Origin: Bacilli bacterium
Lineage (GTDB): Bacteria > Bacillota_I > Bacilli_A > RF39 > UBA660
Reading direction: 5' to 3'
DNA length: 64,000 nt
Assembly: GCA_017428485.1 (NCBI GenBank)
Contig: JAFRQT010000057.1
Span: 22,745 to 86,744 of the forward strand
Positions 1 through 8,607 of the stretch are shown in pieces (position 1 is the first letter of the stretch; each line of letters opens with the position of its first letter). The translations under genes and the position numbers were made by a program. A model generated the notes under the pieces. It was not told the origin of the DNA. It worked only from the letters and a program-made list of their open reading frames with translations, and ran no database searches.

Positions 1-354
1 TCTGTTTGAAACACCAAAACTTTTAATAGATGTTCCTAATGTATTAAGATTATTTAAAAATATTGCTAAATTAATCTCTGGAATATTCTCTTTCACAGTA
101 TTGGCAAAATTCATTATTAATTCACCAAATTGTTTTTTCAATATTTCTTCTTCATTAATATCATCAAATTTTCTTATAACTTCAACTGGAAGAGATGCAG
201 TCTTAACACCACCAATTTTAAAATCTTTTCTTAATTTGTAATTAGATTCTATAGGTTTTTTAGCAATAAAATATATTATGCTTGGAGATATTAACATTAA
301 TATATTTGCAAAATCTATTTGTTGTAGTTGAACAAAAAAATCAGATATTTTCAT
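1..354 (-). CDS. hypothetical protein (N-terminal 118 codons; continues past window start)
   Basis: Manual minus-strand translation from the ATG at 354-352 (MKISDFFVQLQQIDFANILMLISPSIIYFIAKKP...) stays open to position 1. It is absent from the ORF track because no stop lies in the window. It starts 4 nt after the stop of 359..628. Confidence 0.5.
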   Translation of the reverse strand, partial: MKISDFFVQLQQIDFANILMLISPSIIYFIAKKPIESNYKLRKDFKIGGVKTASLPVEVIRKFDDINEEEILKKQFGELIMNFANTVKENIPEINLAIFLNNLNTLGTSIKSFGVSNR

Positions 355-358
355 TTTA

Positions 359-628
359 TTATTCATTTTTATCACCACTTACATTGTTTAAAAAATTTTC
401 CACTTCAGTCCAATCATCTTCATCTTCGATGTTTTCTAGTTCTTTTTCTGGAGATTGTGGATAATAAATTGAAGAATAAATATTTAAAGAATTATTTTCA
501 TCATGCGTATTATCAGTATATATTATATAATCTTTATTAGTTTTAAAAGATTTGAATGTATATAAAATTTCAAATTCTTGTTCTATACCATTAATAACAC
601 ATTTAAAAGTTTTTTTGTTATCAATCAT
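359..628 (-). CDS. small acidic DUF1292-like protein
   Basis: 89 aa. The pattern EQEFEILYTF...DYIIY...ENIEDEDDWTEVENFL resembles the DUF1292/YrzB family. An SD (aaaggtga) lies upstream. Confidence 0.5.
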   Translation of the reverse strand: MIDNKKTFKCVINGIEQEFEILYTFKSFKTNKDYIIYTDNTHDENNSLNIYSSIYYPQSPEKELENIEDEDDWTEVENFLNNVSGDKNE

Positions 629-655
629 TTTTTCACCTTTTTAAATTTCACCTTA

Positions 656-664
656 ATTATAACA
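656..664 (-). promoter_or_regulatory. extended -10 promoter element (TGTTATAAT) for the 359..628 operon
   Basis: The reverse complement of attataaca reads TGtTATAAT, about 30 nt upstream of the ATG at 628. Confidence 0.4.
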
Positions 665-844
665 TATTTTACAAAATAATTGTAGCAGTTAGCTCGAATT
701 TATGCTATATTATATATAGAACTGATATTTATTAGTTGTTCTTTTAGATATAAGTGTTCAAAATAGGCTCTTGTATCGCACCAATAAAAAAAGAAAAGAG
801 GACTTGAAAAAGTTCTCTTTTATTTTATAGTTAGAACTATTTAA

Positions 845-1297
845 GATGATATATTTAAATCAAATGCAAAACACATTGCTTTTGCAATCAATACTGAAGG
901 ATTTAATGATTGTGGATTCGCAGGACAAGTTTCATATAAATACTGGGAATCACTTGCAAACTGTGGTGAACATGAAATTGGAACAATACTTTCAAAAGAA
1001 GTTGGAGATAAAACATTTCATGCATTAGTTTGTCACTCATTAAAAAATGGCTGGGAAGATAATCAAAGAGAAGTCATAAAAGAATGCTTTAATAATATTC
1101 CAGCAAACGGAGAAGAAATTGCAACTATTGCAATTGGAACTGGTTTAATTGGAGTCTTAAGTGGCGCAAATTTTAGACAAATAGTTTGTGGTATGCATGA
1201 TTCTAATCAAAAGATATTACTACATAGTGAATATACATTAGAAGACGTATTAAAATACTACGAAGAAGAAATAGGTCGCAGTAGAAAATTAAAATAA
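845..1297 (+). CDS. macro-domain-like protein (tentative); start codon unresolved
   Basis: Manual translation shows a 150-codon open frame from the stop at 842-844 to TAA at 1295-1297 (..KHIAFAINTEGFNDCGFAGQV...IAIGTGLIGVLSGANFRQIV..EEEIGRSRKLK). There is no in-frame ATG/GTG/TTG before codon ~117. The ATG at 846 is in a different frame and gives the spurious 846..1028 track ORF. Confidence 0.4.
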   Translation, partial: DDIFKSNAKHIAFAINTEGFNDCGFAGQVSYKYWESLANCGEHEIGTILSKEVGDKTFHALVCHSLKNGWEDNQREVIKECFNNIPANGEEIATIAIGTGLIGVLSGANFRQIVCGMHDSNQKILLHSEYTLEDVLKYYEEEIGRSRKLK

Positions 1298-1320
1298 AAA
1301 GACTTTAAAGTCTTTTTTTT
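1296..1320. terminator. bidirectional Rho-independent terminator
   Basis: Hairpin aaagact-ttaa-agtcttt flanked by an A-run and a T-run, between convergent genes. Confidence 0.7.
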
Positions 1321-2119
1321 ATCTGATCTTACCATGTGATTGAGTATGCATAAACTTAAGTTTATCTAAGTTGCCTAGCATATCAATAAAATCATATCTA
1401 TTCTTAACTACACCCCTTCGTACCCAATCGTTAGAATATGAATTAGTTATATCTGAAGGCATATAACAGTCATGTTCACTAAAGAAACGAATAACTGCTC
1501 TAAATATGCCATTCATTTCACAATCTACTCTAGCTATATTTTTATATTTATTTGCTAATGCAGTGTTTTTCCTACTTTCTCTTTTAACACCTTTACTAAT
1601 ATAACTTAGTTCACTTTTAACTGTACGTTTTTTACCTTTTCTGTCTTCAACAACTGTTTTTGCTTCTGCTGGATCATAAGGATAACTAATCTTTCCTTCT
1701 GCTACCATTTTAACTAATAATATTGCTTGCCTTACTTTTTCTTTACTATATTTGCTATTTGTAAATCCATCTCCAAACATATCTAATTTATCAGCAAGTT
1801 CAACATATCTAATATCTTGTGTTGCTCTTAGAGCTTCAATTACTATTTGTCTTTCTGTTAAATTTCTTCCATATCTATGCGCAAATATTGTTTCAACCAC
1901 TTCAGATGCATCTATATTCTCACGATGTGCCCTTTCAATAAAATTATCTAATGTCTGACAATGTAATATGAGAGTTCGCATCCTACTTGATATTTTTCTT
2001 CCATTTAAATAATCACTTTCTGCATCACGATTACCAAATAGTGCATTTCTTAATGCTACATATTCTCCTTCTAATTCATTGTAAAGTGTTTGTAATTCAT
2101 TTTTAATATCTCTACTCAT
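1319..2119 (-). CDS. hypothetical protein (266 aa)
   Basis: Long ORF overlapping the stop of 2112..2393 by 8 nt. No family recognised. It looks slightly richer in G+C than its neighbours by eye. Confidence 0.6.
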   Translation of the reverse strand: MSRDIKNELQTLYNELEGEYVALRNALFGNRDAESDYLNGRKISSRMRTLILHCQTLDNFIERAHRENIDASEVVETIFAHRYGRNLTERQIVIEALRATQDIRYVELADKLDMFGDGFTNSKYSKEKVRQAILLVKMVAEGKISYPYDPAEAKTVVEDRKGKKRTVKSELSYISKGVKRESRKNTALANKYKNIARVDCEMNGIFRAVIRFFSEHDCYMPSDITNSYSNDWVRRGVVKNRYDFIDMLGNLDKLKFMHTQSHGKIR

Positions 2120-2393
2120 AACTATCCTCCATTTTTTTAATTAATTCCTCATAATGATTAACAACTTTGTCATATTCACTTTCATCTACTCTTTTTATTA
2201 TTTCATCACCATTTTCATCAAGTTCAATTTTACCAAAGTATATTAATTCATCATCGTTACTAAAACCACCCAAGACACAATAATCATTATCTTCAAATGT
2301 AAATTCCATTAAAACATTTTCATCATTTATGTCAATATATTCTTCTGATATTTCTTCTTTGGGTTTTACACTCGAAAATTTATTAAATTCCAT
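2112..2393 (-). CDS. small acidic DUF1292-like protein
   Basis: 93 aa. The pattern YIDINDENVLMEFTFEDNDYCVL...DELIYFGKIELDENGDEIIKRVDESEYDKV matches the DUF1292 pattern. An SD (aaggagg) lies upstream. Confidence 0.55.
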   Translation of the reverse strand: MEFNKFSSVKPKEEISEEYIDINDENVLMEFTFEDNDYCVLGGFSNDDELIYFGKIELDENGDEIIKRVDESEYDKVVNHYEELIKKMEDSYE

Positions 2394-2541
2394 TAATGCC
2401 TCCTTATATAATTATAAATATTCAAAGTAGCATTAAAGTCAACTACTATTGTCATATATATCGTATCACATTTAAATGCTTAAAATCAATAGATATAAAA
2501 TTTTTTTGTAAACATAATGTAATTGTTCAAATAAAAAAAAT

Positions 2542-2955
2542 TCATTCATATGAATTTTCTTCTTTAATTAATCTTCTTTGATTCATCTCTTCTATATAAT
2601 ATGGTATTTCCACCTTCATAAATTCATCTTCTATTTGTAATTCTTTTGCATATTTTTTAAATTCTTCAAAAGTTCCTAAGAATAGTTCATCTTCACTTAT
2701 TTGAAATCCTATTAATACATTATCTCCATCACTAAAGTTAATTTTTGAATCTGAATAAGTTAATTTAAATTTATTAAGTGGAATTATGCTTTTAATCAAA
2801 TTGTCATTCATTAATAGTTCAAATGAAAGAATTTGCTTAACACTGGTTCTATCTTGTATGAAAAAGTTACCTTCATATTCAAATACAGGATATACGAATT
2901 CAGGTATTACATCAAACATATTTAAAATACCTACTAATCTATAACTTGAAACCAT
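2542..2955 (-). CDS. hypothetical acidic protein (137 aa)
   Basis: ORF with an upstream SD (gaggtgg). The C-terminal half is loosely DUF1292-like (DGDNVLIGFQISEDELFLGTFEEF). Confidence 0.5.
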   Translation of the reverse strand: MVSSYRLVGILNMFDVIPEFVYPVFEYEGNFFIQDRTSVKQILSFELLMNDNLIKSIIPLNKFKLTYSDSKINFSDGDNVLIGFQISEDELFLGTFEEFKKYAKELQIEDEFMKVEIPYYIEEMNQRRLIKEENSYE

Positions 2956-3017
2956 AAGAAATCCACCTCATTAAAAATTATTATATCAATTATTTTTTTT
3001 AATTCAAGAAAAAAAAT

Positions 3018-3590
3018 CTAATTATTTTCTTTATAATTAGATTCATATAAATCAGTATCATCATTTTGCTCTTTGCCTTGAAAAATTATCTCAGGTAAAT
3101 CATTTTTAGAAGAAAGACCAAAATAATCTAAAAAATCATCTGTTGTTTTATATAAGTTAGGTTTTCCTATAGTATCTTCACGACCGCATATTTTAATAAA
3201 ACCACGTGCAAGTAATCTTCTAACTATTTGAGAAGAATTTACTCCTCTTATCTCATCTATTTTAAGTCTTGTTATCGGTTCATTATATGCTATTACTGCT
3301 AAAACTTCTAAAGCAGCATTTGATAATGATGTACTTTTACTATCAGTTACTAATTTTTCATAATATTCTTTATGTTCTTCTTTAGTCGTTAATTTAAATG
3401 AGTTACCTAAATAAGATATTCTAAGACCTCTTTCAGCACTATCATAATCTTTTTTAAGTTCCATTAATAATGCTTTTATTTCTTCATCATTAACATCTAA
3501 TATATTTTTAATTTCATCTATAGTTATTCCTTCATCTCCAACTATAAATAGTATTCCTTCTAGTATTGCTTTTTTATTCACATCAATCAA
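3018..3590 (-). CDS. scpB: segregation and condensation protein B
   Basis: 190 aa. The motif GILFIVGDEGITIDEI...AALEVLAVIAYNEPITRLKIDEIRGVNS is typical of ScpB. It overlaps the scpA stop. Confidence 0.9.
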   Translation of the reverse strand: MIDVNKKAILEGILFIVGDEGITIDEIKNILDVNDEEIKALLMELKKDYDSAERGLRISYLGNSFKLTTKEEHKEYYEKLVTDSKSTSLSNAALEVLAVIAYNEPITRLKIDEIRGVNSSQIVRRLLARGFIKICGREDTIGKPNLYKTTDDFLDYFGLSSKNDLPEIIFQGKEQNDDTDLYESNYKENN

Positions 3591-4299
3591 CTCTTTCTAA
3601 GTATATATCTGAAAAATTATTATCTTGTTTTATATTAATTTCTCTATTTTTAACCATTTCAAGTACTGATAAAAAAGTAACAACTACATATGGTTTAGAA
3701 AAATCATCAAACAATTCTACAAAGTTTACCCTTTTCTTTTCTATTAAAATGTTTCTTATTTTTTCTATTCTTTCTTTAACAGATAATTCTTTTCTCGTAA
3801 TTTTAGTATTTATTGGTTTATTATATTCTTGACGCTCTAAAAGTCTTCTAAAAGCATCTAGTAAATCAGTAACACCAATAGATCCATCATTTTCTAATTT
3901 TTCATTTGAGTATTTTTGAAGTAATTCAGGTGCTTTAGTAAAATAATTAGCTCTTTTTTCTTCTAAAGTTTTAAATACTTCAGTACTCTCTTTATATTTT
4001 TGATATTCTAATAATCTTTTCTTTAATTCTTCTTCTGGATTAATTTCTTCTTCCACTTGTTCTTCTTCATCATTAATTGGAAGTAATTTTCTACTTTTAA
4101 TTTCAATTAATTCTGCTGCCATAACTAAATATTCAGATGCTATATCTAAATTCATATCACTCATTTCTTTTATGTAATTTAGATATTGATTAGTTATTTC
4201 AGAAATATTTATATCAAATATTTCCATTTTTGATTTTTTAATTAAATGAAGTAATAAATCAAGTGGTCCTTCAAAATCCCCTATTAATAACTTATCCAT
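3583..4299 (-). CDS. scpA: segregation and condensation protein A
   Basis: 238 aa. The motif FEGPLDLLLHLIKKSKMEIFDINISEITNQYL is typical of ScpA. The gene lies adjacent to scpB. Confidence 0.9.
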   Translation of the reverse strand: MDKLLIGDFEGPLDLLLHLIKKSKMEIFDINISEITNQYLNYIKEMSDMNLDIASEYLVMAAELIEIKSRKLLPINDEEEQVEEEINPEEELKKRLLEYQKYKESTEVFKTLEEKRANYFTKAPELLQKYSNEKLENDGSIGVTDLLDAFRRLLERQEYNKPINTKITRKELSVKERIEKIRNILIEKKRVNFVELFDDFSKPYVVVTFLSVLEMVKNREINIKQDNNFSDIYLERVD

Positions 4300-5189
4300 T
4301 ATTCTGTCCCTTCATTTTCAGGTAATTTTACTATTATTGGTGTTTTTGTAGAAGAATTATCAGTTACTGCTTTATCTTCAGTAGTTTCCCCAGTTTTGGT
4401 TGATTCCTCGGTTTTGGTTGATTCTTCTACTTGAGGCTTTTCTAATACTTTTGCATAAAAGACTTCTTTATATTCATCATCTTTTAATGTAATTTTATAT
4501 TGTCTTGTTACTCCAGATTCTATAGTACCAAACACATTAAATGTCTCATTATATATTTTATTTTTATTTTCATCATACAATTCAATTTCAAGATTTAAAT
4601 TATTTGAATTTGAATAATTTCTATCAGAAGTATAACTAATACTAACTACATTTTCACTAGTCTTTTTAATATTATAAAATTTAACACTTTTTAGTTTTAT
4701 ATAACTATTTTCTTCATTAATTTTAATCATTCCATCAATTAGATTGGCACTTGCATTTTCTTTTATGGTTGTGTCTACTGTTGGAGTGTGATTTTGATTG
4801 AAGTAAGCTAAGGCATCATCAATATAATATATGAATAAACCAATTAAAATTATAATTAAGAATAAGAAAAAATTACTACCTTTTTTCTTAGTTGTATTAA
4901 CTACAGTTTGTTCAGTTGATGCCACTGTACTCTGTGGATTTTGAACAGTTTGCACATTTTGTACAACAGGCTGTACTGGTTGTTGTACTGGCACTTGAAC
5001 TTGTGGTTGAGCACTAGTTACAGGAGCATTAGGCATACTTGGAGCTTGTGCAAAATTTAATCCATTTACGGGTGTTGGCGCAACACTTGCATTAGGCATT
5101 GCTGGCACTTTAGTTGGTGTAACATTTGTATTTGGTGTCGCTGGCATTGGAGTTGGAGTTACATTATTTTGATTATTCCCTTGATTCAT
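4299..5189 (-). CDS. single-pass membrane protein with a P/Q/V/N-rich low-complexity N-terminus
   Basis: 296 aa. About 100 aa of a PTP/VQ-rich segment, then a TM helix (FFLFLIIILIGLFIYYI), an extracytoplasmic domain, and a C-terminal ESTKT repeat. Its stop overlaps the scpA ATG. Confidence 0.6.
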   Translation of the reverse strand: MNQGNNQNNVTPTPMPATPNTNVTPTKVPAMPNASVAPTPVNGLNFAQAPSMPNAPVTSAQPQVQVPVQQPVQPVVQNVQTVQNPQSTVASTEQTVVNTTKKKGSNFFLFLIIILIGLFIYYIDDALAYFNQNHTPTVDTTIKENASANLIDGMIKINEENSYIKLKSVKFYNIKKTSENVVSISYTSDRNYSNSNNLNLEIELYDENKNKIYNETFNVFGTIESGVTRQYKITLKDDEYKEVFYAKVLEKPQVEESTKTEESTKTGETTEDKAVTDNSSTKTPIIVKLPENEGTE

Positions 5190-5219
5190 TTTATCACCCT
5201 ATTCTTATTTCTATTCAAA

Positions 5220-5248
5220 ATTATACCAAATATTTAAATAAAAGTACA
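5220..5248 (-). promoter_or_regulatory. putative promoter of the 5189..3018 operon (TGGTATAAT extended -10)
   Basis: The minus strand reads tgtact-17nt-TGgTATAAT about 30 nt upstream of the ATG at 5189. Confidence 0.4.
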
Positions 5249-5276
5249 TAAAAAAACCTAATTTTTTTACTTAGGT

Positions 5277-5627
5277 TTAATCTCTTACTTTAAAAAATAA
5301 TGAAATTATAAATGCACAAAGAACTGCTACACTTATTCCGGCACTAGAGTTTACTAAAATGCCTTTAAATAGTCCAATTACGCCACTATTTATATACCCT
5401 TCATATGCACCTGTCACTAGTAAATGCCCGAAATTCATTATCGGAATACTTGCTCCACTATGAAATGTTAATAATAATTTATCATAAATTCCAAATCCAG
5501 AAAGAACACACCCAACTACTACAAGTAATGTATTCATATGTCCTGGAGTAAACTTTGTTTTTTCAAGTACAAATTGTGATATTGCACAAACAAAACCGCA
5601 AAATAAAAATGAAAATAAATATATCAA
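5277..5627 (-). CDS. spoVAE: stage V sporulation protein AE (SpoVAEb-type)
   Basis: 116-aa polytopic membrane protein. The motif TPGHMNTLLVVVGCVLSGFGIYDKL...GASIPIMNFGH matches, and it is the last gene of a C-D-E operon. Confidence 0.8.
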   Translation of the reverse strand: MIYLFSFLFCGFVCAISQFVLEKTKFTPGHMNTLLVVVGCVLSGFGIYDKLLLTFHSGASIPIMNFGHLLVTGAYEGYINSGVIGLFKGILVNSSAGISVAVLCAFIISLFFKVRD

Positions 5628-6595
5628 TATATTACCTCCAAACTAACAGCATGACTAACACTAGGTATTGGTACTTTTAAATTTGAACTTAAAGTTGAAT
5701 GAAGAGACCCAGTTCCAACAACCAATATTTTTTTATATTTCTTTAATTTTAAAATATAATCAAACAAATATAATGGAAGACATACAGGCCCACTAGCTCC
5801 AGCATATATATTTTTATCTTTATAAAAGCATGTACCAGAATCTACCATATTGTTAAGTACAATATTATACTTTCTTTTTAAATATTCAAATACAATTTTA
5901 CCTCCAAATTCTCCTAAATCACCAGTAAGTATTAAATCATAATAATTAGCATTTCTTTTAGTATCTTTTAAATGTTTATATATTACTTCAGCGCAAGATG
6001 GTGCCATAGCAGATCCCATATCATTAGTATCTTTATGATTTGTTTGAACCACTTTTCCAATTGTAGAACTTTCTACTTTAATACTTGATTTTTTATTAGA
6101 TAAAAGTATACTTATACTACCTGATGCAGTACAAGTATTAGTTCTTTTTCTAATCGAACCATACTCCACTGGAAATCTAAATTGTTTTTCACTTACTAAG
6201 TTATGAGAAGATGAAGATACAATAACTTTATTTTTAGAATTATTTACATACATAGATCCAATACATATTCCTTCGATAAAAGATGCACAAGCAGAATATA
6301 TTCCAAGAGTTGGAATAGATGCTTTAGATGCTGCTAAAGTAGATGCCAATATCTGATTTTGTAAGTCCCCACTTATTAATAAATCGATATCAAGATTAGT
6401 TAGTCCTTCTTTTTTTATTACACCTTCAATAGTTAACTCTTGATATTTACTTTCCGCTAGTTCAATTGTTTTTTCATTTAAGTAATAATTATCTATATTT
6501 AAATCAACATTATCTTTAATAACTGGATTCATTTTTGTAGATGCTAAAAGTGAATATTTATTATTAATATACACATTATTATAATAGTTTGTCAT
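5624..6595 (-). CDS. spoVAD: stage V sporulation protein AD
   Basis: 323-aa thiolase-fold-like protein (GIYSACASFIEG..., GTGSLHS) lying between spoVAC and spoVAE with overlapping stops and starts. Confidence 0.85.
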   Translation of the reverse strand: MTNYYNNVYINNKYSLLASTKMNPVIKDNVDLNIDNYYLNEKTIELAESKYQELTIEGVIKKEGLTNLDIDLLISGDLQNQILASTLAASKASIPTLGIYSACASFIEGICIGSMYVNNSKNKVIVSSSSHNLVSEKQFRFPVEYGSIRKRTNTCTASGSISILLSNKKSSIKVESSTIGKVVQTNHKDTNDMGSAMAPSCAEVIYKHLKDTKRNANYYDLILTGDLGEFGGKIVFEYLKRKYNIVLNNMVDSGTCFYKDKNIYAGASGPVCLPLYLFDYILKLKKYKKILVVGTGSLHSTLSSNLKVPIPSVSHAVSLEVIY

Positions 6596-7026
6596 AAGAT
6601 TAAACTCCTTATAAATCCAAATATTATTCCAAATACAATTCCATATAAAAGAATGCTACCAGTAAGTTTAAAAATAGATGCTCCTATTCCTTTAATGAAT
6701 CCTTCACTTCTTGTATCCATTGCACTACTTGTCATAGTATTTGCAAATCCAGTTGCAGGTACAATAAGCCCACATTTACAAATGCTAAGTAATTTATCAA
6801 AAAATCCAAGACCGGTAAGTATAGATCCAATAACAATAAATGTTACAAATGTAAATAAATATGCATCTGATATGCTCATAACTACAACATTTAAATAAAA
6901 CTCAGTTAATAGTTCTGCAATTACTCCTACTACTCCACCACTAAAGAAAGCAATTAAAATATTCTTTAATGGATTTTCATTCTTAACTATACTTTTAATT
7001 AATTCATCATACTCACTATTATTCAT
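6592..7026 (-). CDS. spoVAC: stage V sporulation protein AC
   Basis: 144-aa membrane protein (FFSGGVVGVIAELL...IVPATGFANTM). First gene of the operon. Confidence 0.8.
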   Translation of the reverse strand: MNNSEYDELIKSIVKNENPLKNILIAFFSGGVVGVIAELLTEFYLNVVVMSISDAYLFTFVTFIVIGSILTGLGFFDKLLSICKCGLIVPATGFANTMTSSAMDTRSEGFIKGIGASIFKLTGSILLYGIVFGIIFGFIRSLIL

Positions 7027-7067
7027 TTTTCACCTAAATTTATTTTGTACTAAAACATATAAAAATA

Positions 7068-7096
7068 TTCCAAAAAATAAAAAGATATGATATACT
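7068..7096 (+). promoter_or_regulatory. putative tRNA-Glu promoter
   Basis: TTCCAA-17nt-TATACT with a TG extended -10 (tatgaTATACT). The predicted start is about 2 nt before the mature tRNA 5' end. Confidence 0.45.
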
Positions 7097-7104
7097 TTAT
7101 GTAC

Positions 7105-7180
7105 GGCCCATTGGTGAAATGGTTAACACATCGCCCTCTCAAGGCGACATTCATGGGTTCAAATCCCATATGGGTCACCA
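7105..7180 (+). tRNA. tRNA-Glu (anticodon CUC), CCA encoded
   Basis: Hand-folded cloverleaf. Acceptor GGCCCAT/ATGGGTC, anticodon stem TCGCC/GGCGA with loop CT-CTC-AA, and T arm ATGGG-TTCAAAT-CCCAT. The overall sequence resembles Bacillus tRNA-Glu. Confidence 0.85.
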
Positions 7181-7191
7181 TATTAAATATA

Positions 7192-7216
7192 AACACCTAC
7201 TAATAGGTGTTTTTAT
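7192..7216 (+). terminator. Rho-independent terminator after the tRNA
   Basis: Hairpin acaccta-ctaa-taggtgt followed by TTTTT. Confidence 0.7.
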
Positions 7217-7269
7217 GTTAAACTTTATTTAAAAATTATTTTGGTATATAATATATTTAGGTGATTTAT

Positions 7270-8607
7270 ATGTGGAAATTAATTACTATTCTAGCTTGTA
7301 AAATTACAAATAGATTAAGTAAACTTACAGGTCATGGTGGTTCTTCTATTGGAGGAAAAGTTGCTTTAAAATTAAATAAAAATATTTTAAAGAAAATTAA
7401 ACTGCCTAAGTATGTAATTGGAATTACTGGTTCTAGTGGTAAAAGTTCATCCACTGAACTTATGTACAATATCTTAACACGTAATAACATGAAAGTTATT
7501 TATAATAAAGAAGGAAGTAACACTATTGCCGGCATTACATCACTTATATTAAATAAATGTTCTTTAAGTGGTAAATTAAAAGTAGATGTACTTCTTATGG
7601 AACTTGATGAACAATTTTTAAAATATATTTTTCCACATGTTAAACCAACACACTTAATGATTACTAATATTACAAGAGATCAGCCTCCTAGAAACTCACA
7701 TCCATATAAAATATTTAATGCAATTAAAAATGCGATTCCAGATAAAACACACATTGTTATCAATGTAGATGATCCTTTTGTTAACAGAATGAGAATTAAT
7801 CATAAAGGTGGAGTTACAACTTATGGAATTGATAAAAATGATTATTCGTATAGAATTAATTTAAATAATTTAGATGCAGCATATTGCCCTATTTGTAATG
7901 AAAAATTAGAATATGATTTTTACCATTATGGACATATTGGATCTTATCATTGCCCTAAATATCATTTTAATAGAGGTAATCCAGAATTTGAAGCAAAAGA
8001 CGTTGATATAGATAACCAAAGTATAACAATTAATGAGCATAAAATACATCTTCCATCTAACTTTTTATATACTGCTTACTTTGTTACTGGTTGTTATGCT
8101 CTATCAAAAATAATTGGTCTTAATGACGAAGATATATTAAAAGTATTAAATGATGAATCTATTACAACAAAGCGTTTAGAAATATATGATTTCCATAATA
8201 GGAAATGGCAATTACTTGTTAGTAAAAATGAAAATAATTTAAGTTATAAACAATCACTTGATTATATTCGTCATCAAAGTGGTGATAAAACTATAGTACT
8301 TGGATTTGATAATTCTAGTAGACGTTATAAAGAAAATGATCTTTCTTGGATATGGGATATAGATTTTGAAATACTAAATGACTCATCAATTAAAAATATA
8401 GTTTTAATCGGTAAATATTGTTATGATATGCTAGTTAGAATGGAATATGCAAAAATTGATAAAAAGAAACTATTATTAGTTGAAAATATGTCTGATTTAG
8501 CTGAAACAATTAAAACTAAAACAGAAGGAAAAATTTATTCAATGAATTGCTTTGATAAAGAAATAGAAATTAAAAGAATAATTAAGGAGGAATCAAAAAA
8601 TGATTAA
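7270..8607 (+). CDS. murT: lipid II isoglutaminyl synthase subunit MurT (Mur-ligase family)
   Basis: Contains the Mur ligase P-loop GITGSSGKSS, the Cys-rich ribbon CPICNEKLEYDF..GSYHCPKYHF, and a C-terminal DUF1727-like region. It overlaps gatD. The track start at 7261 is a GTG inside the SD (aGGTGAtttatATG), so ATG 7270 is preferred. Confidence 0.85.
   Translation: MWKLITILACKITNRLSKLTGHGGSSIGGKVALKLNKNILKKIKLPKYVIGITGSSGKSSSTELMYNILTRNNMKVIYNKEGSNTIAGITSLILNKCSLSGKLKVDVLLMELDEQFLKYIFPHVKPTHLMITNITRDQPPRNSHPYKIFNAIKNAIPDKTHIVINVDDPFVNRMRINHKGGVTTYGIDKNDYSYRINLNNLDAAYCPICNEKLEYDFYHYGHIGSYHCPKYHFNRGNPEFEAKDVDIDNQSITINEHKIHLPSNFLYTAYFVTGCYALSKIIGLNDEDILKVLNDESITTKRLEIYDFHNRKWQLLVSKNENNLSYKQSLDYIRHQSGDKTIVLGFDNSSRRYKENDLSWIWDIDFEILNDSSIKNIVLIGKYCYDMLVRMEYAKIDKKKLLLVENMSDLAETIKTKTEGKIYSMNCFDKEIEIKRIIKEESKND

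Noticed and set aside
720-760. GAACTGAT...ATTAGTTGTTC resembles the GAACAACTGAT/ATCAGTTGTTC elements of the TA-like modules and could be a collapsed relic copy.
   Set aside because: Only about 8 nt (AGTTGTTC) match exactly. There is no peptide ORF, no hairpin and no flanking promoter similarity. In AT-rich DNA this is compatible with chance.
629-845. A 216-nt intergenic region ending in a terminator-like hairpin could hold an sRNA or riboswitch.
   Set aside because: There is no convincing promoter at proper spacing on the plus strand, no recognisable riboswitch core, and the hairpin is symmetric. Evidence is insufficient to call a feature.
7261-7269. The track's longest-ORF starts are GTG/TTG codons that lie inside or directly next to the Shine-Dalgarno sequence. 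This affects 7261, 11583, 29937, 36528, 37466, 39222, 39307, 42675 and 50033.
   Set aside because: This is an artefact of longest-ORF calling. The downstream ATG at proper SD spacing was used for the feature coordinates instead.
7236-7272. About 35 nt upstream of murT resemble the region upstream of the HIT gene (39281-39321): TTTGGTATATAATA...GGTGATTTATATG.
   Set aside because: The shared parts are an extended -10-like box and an SD plus spacer plus ATG. This is most simply explained as convergence on consensus expression signals rather than a mobile or regulatory repeat.
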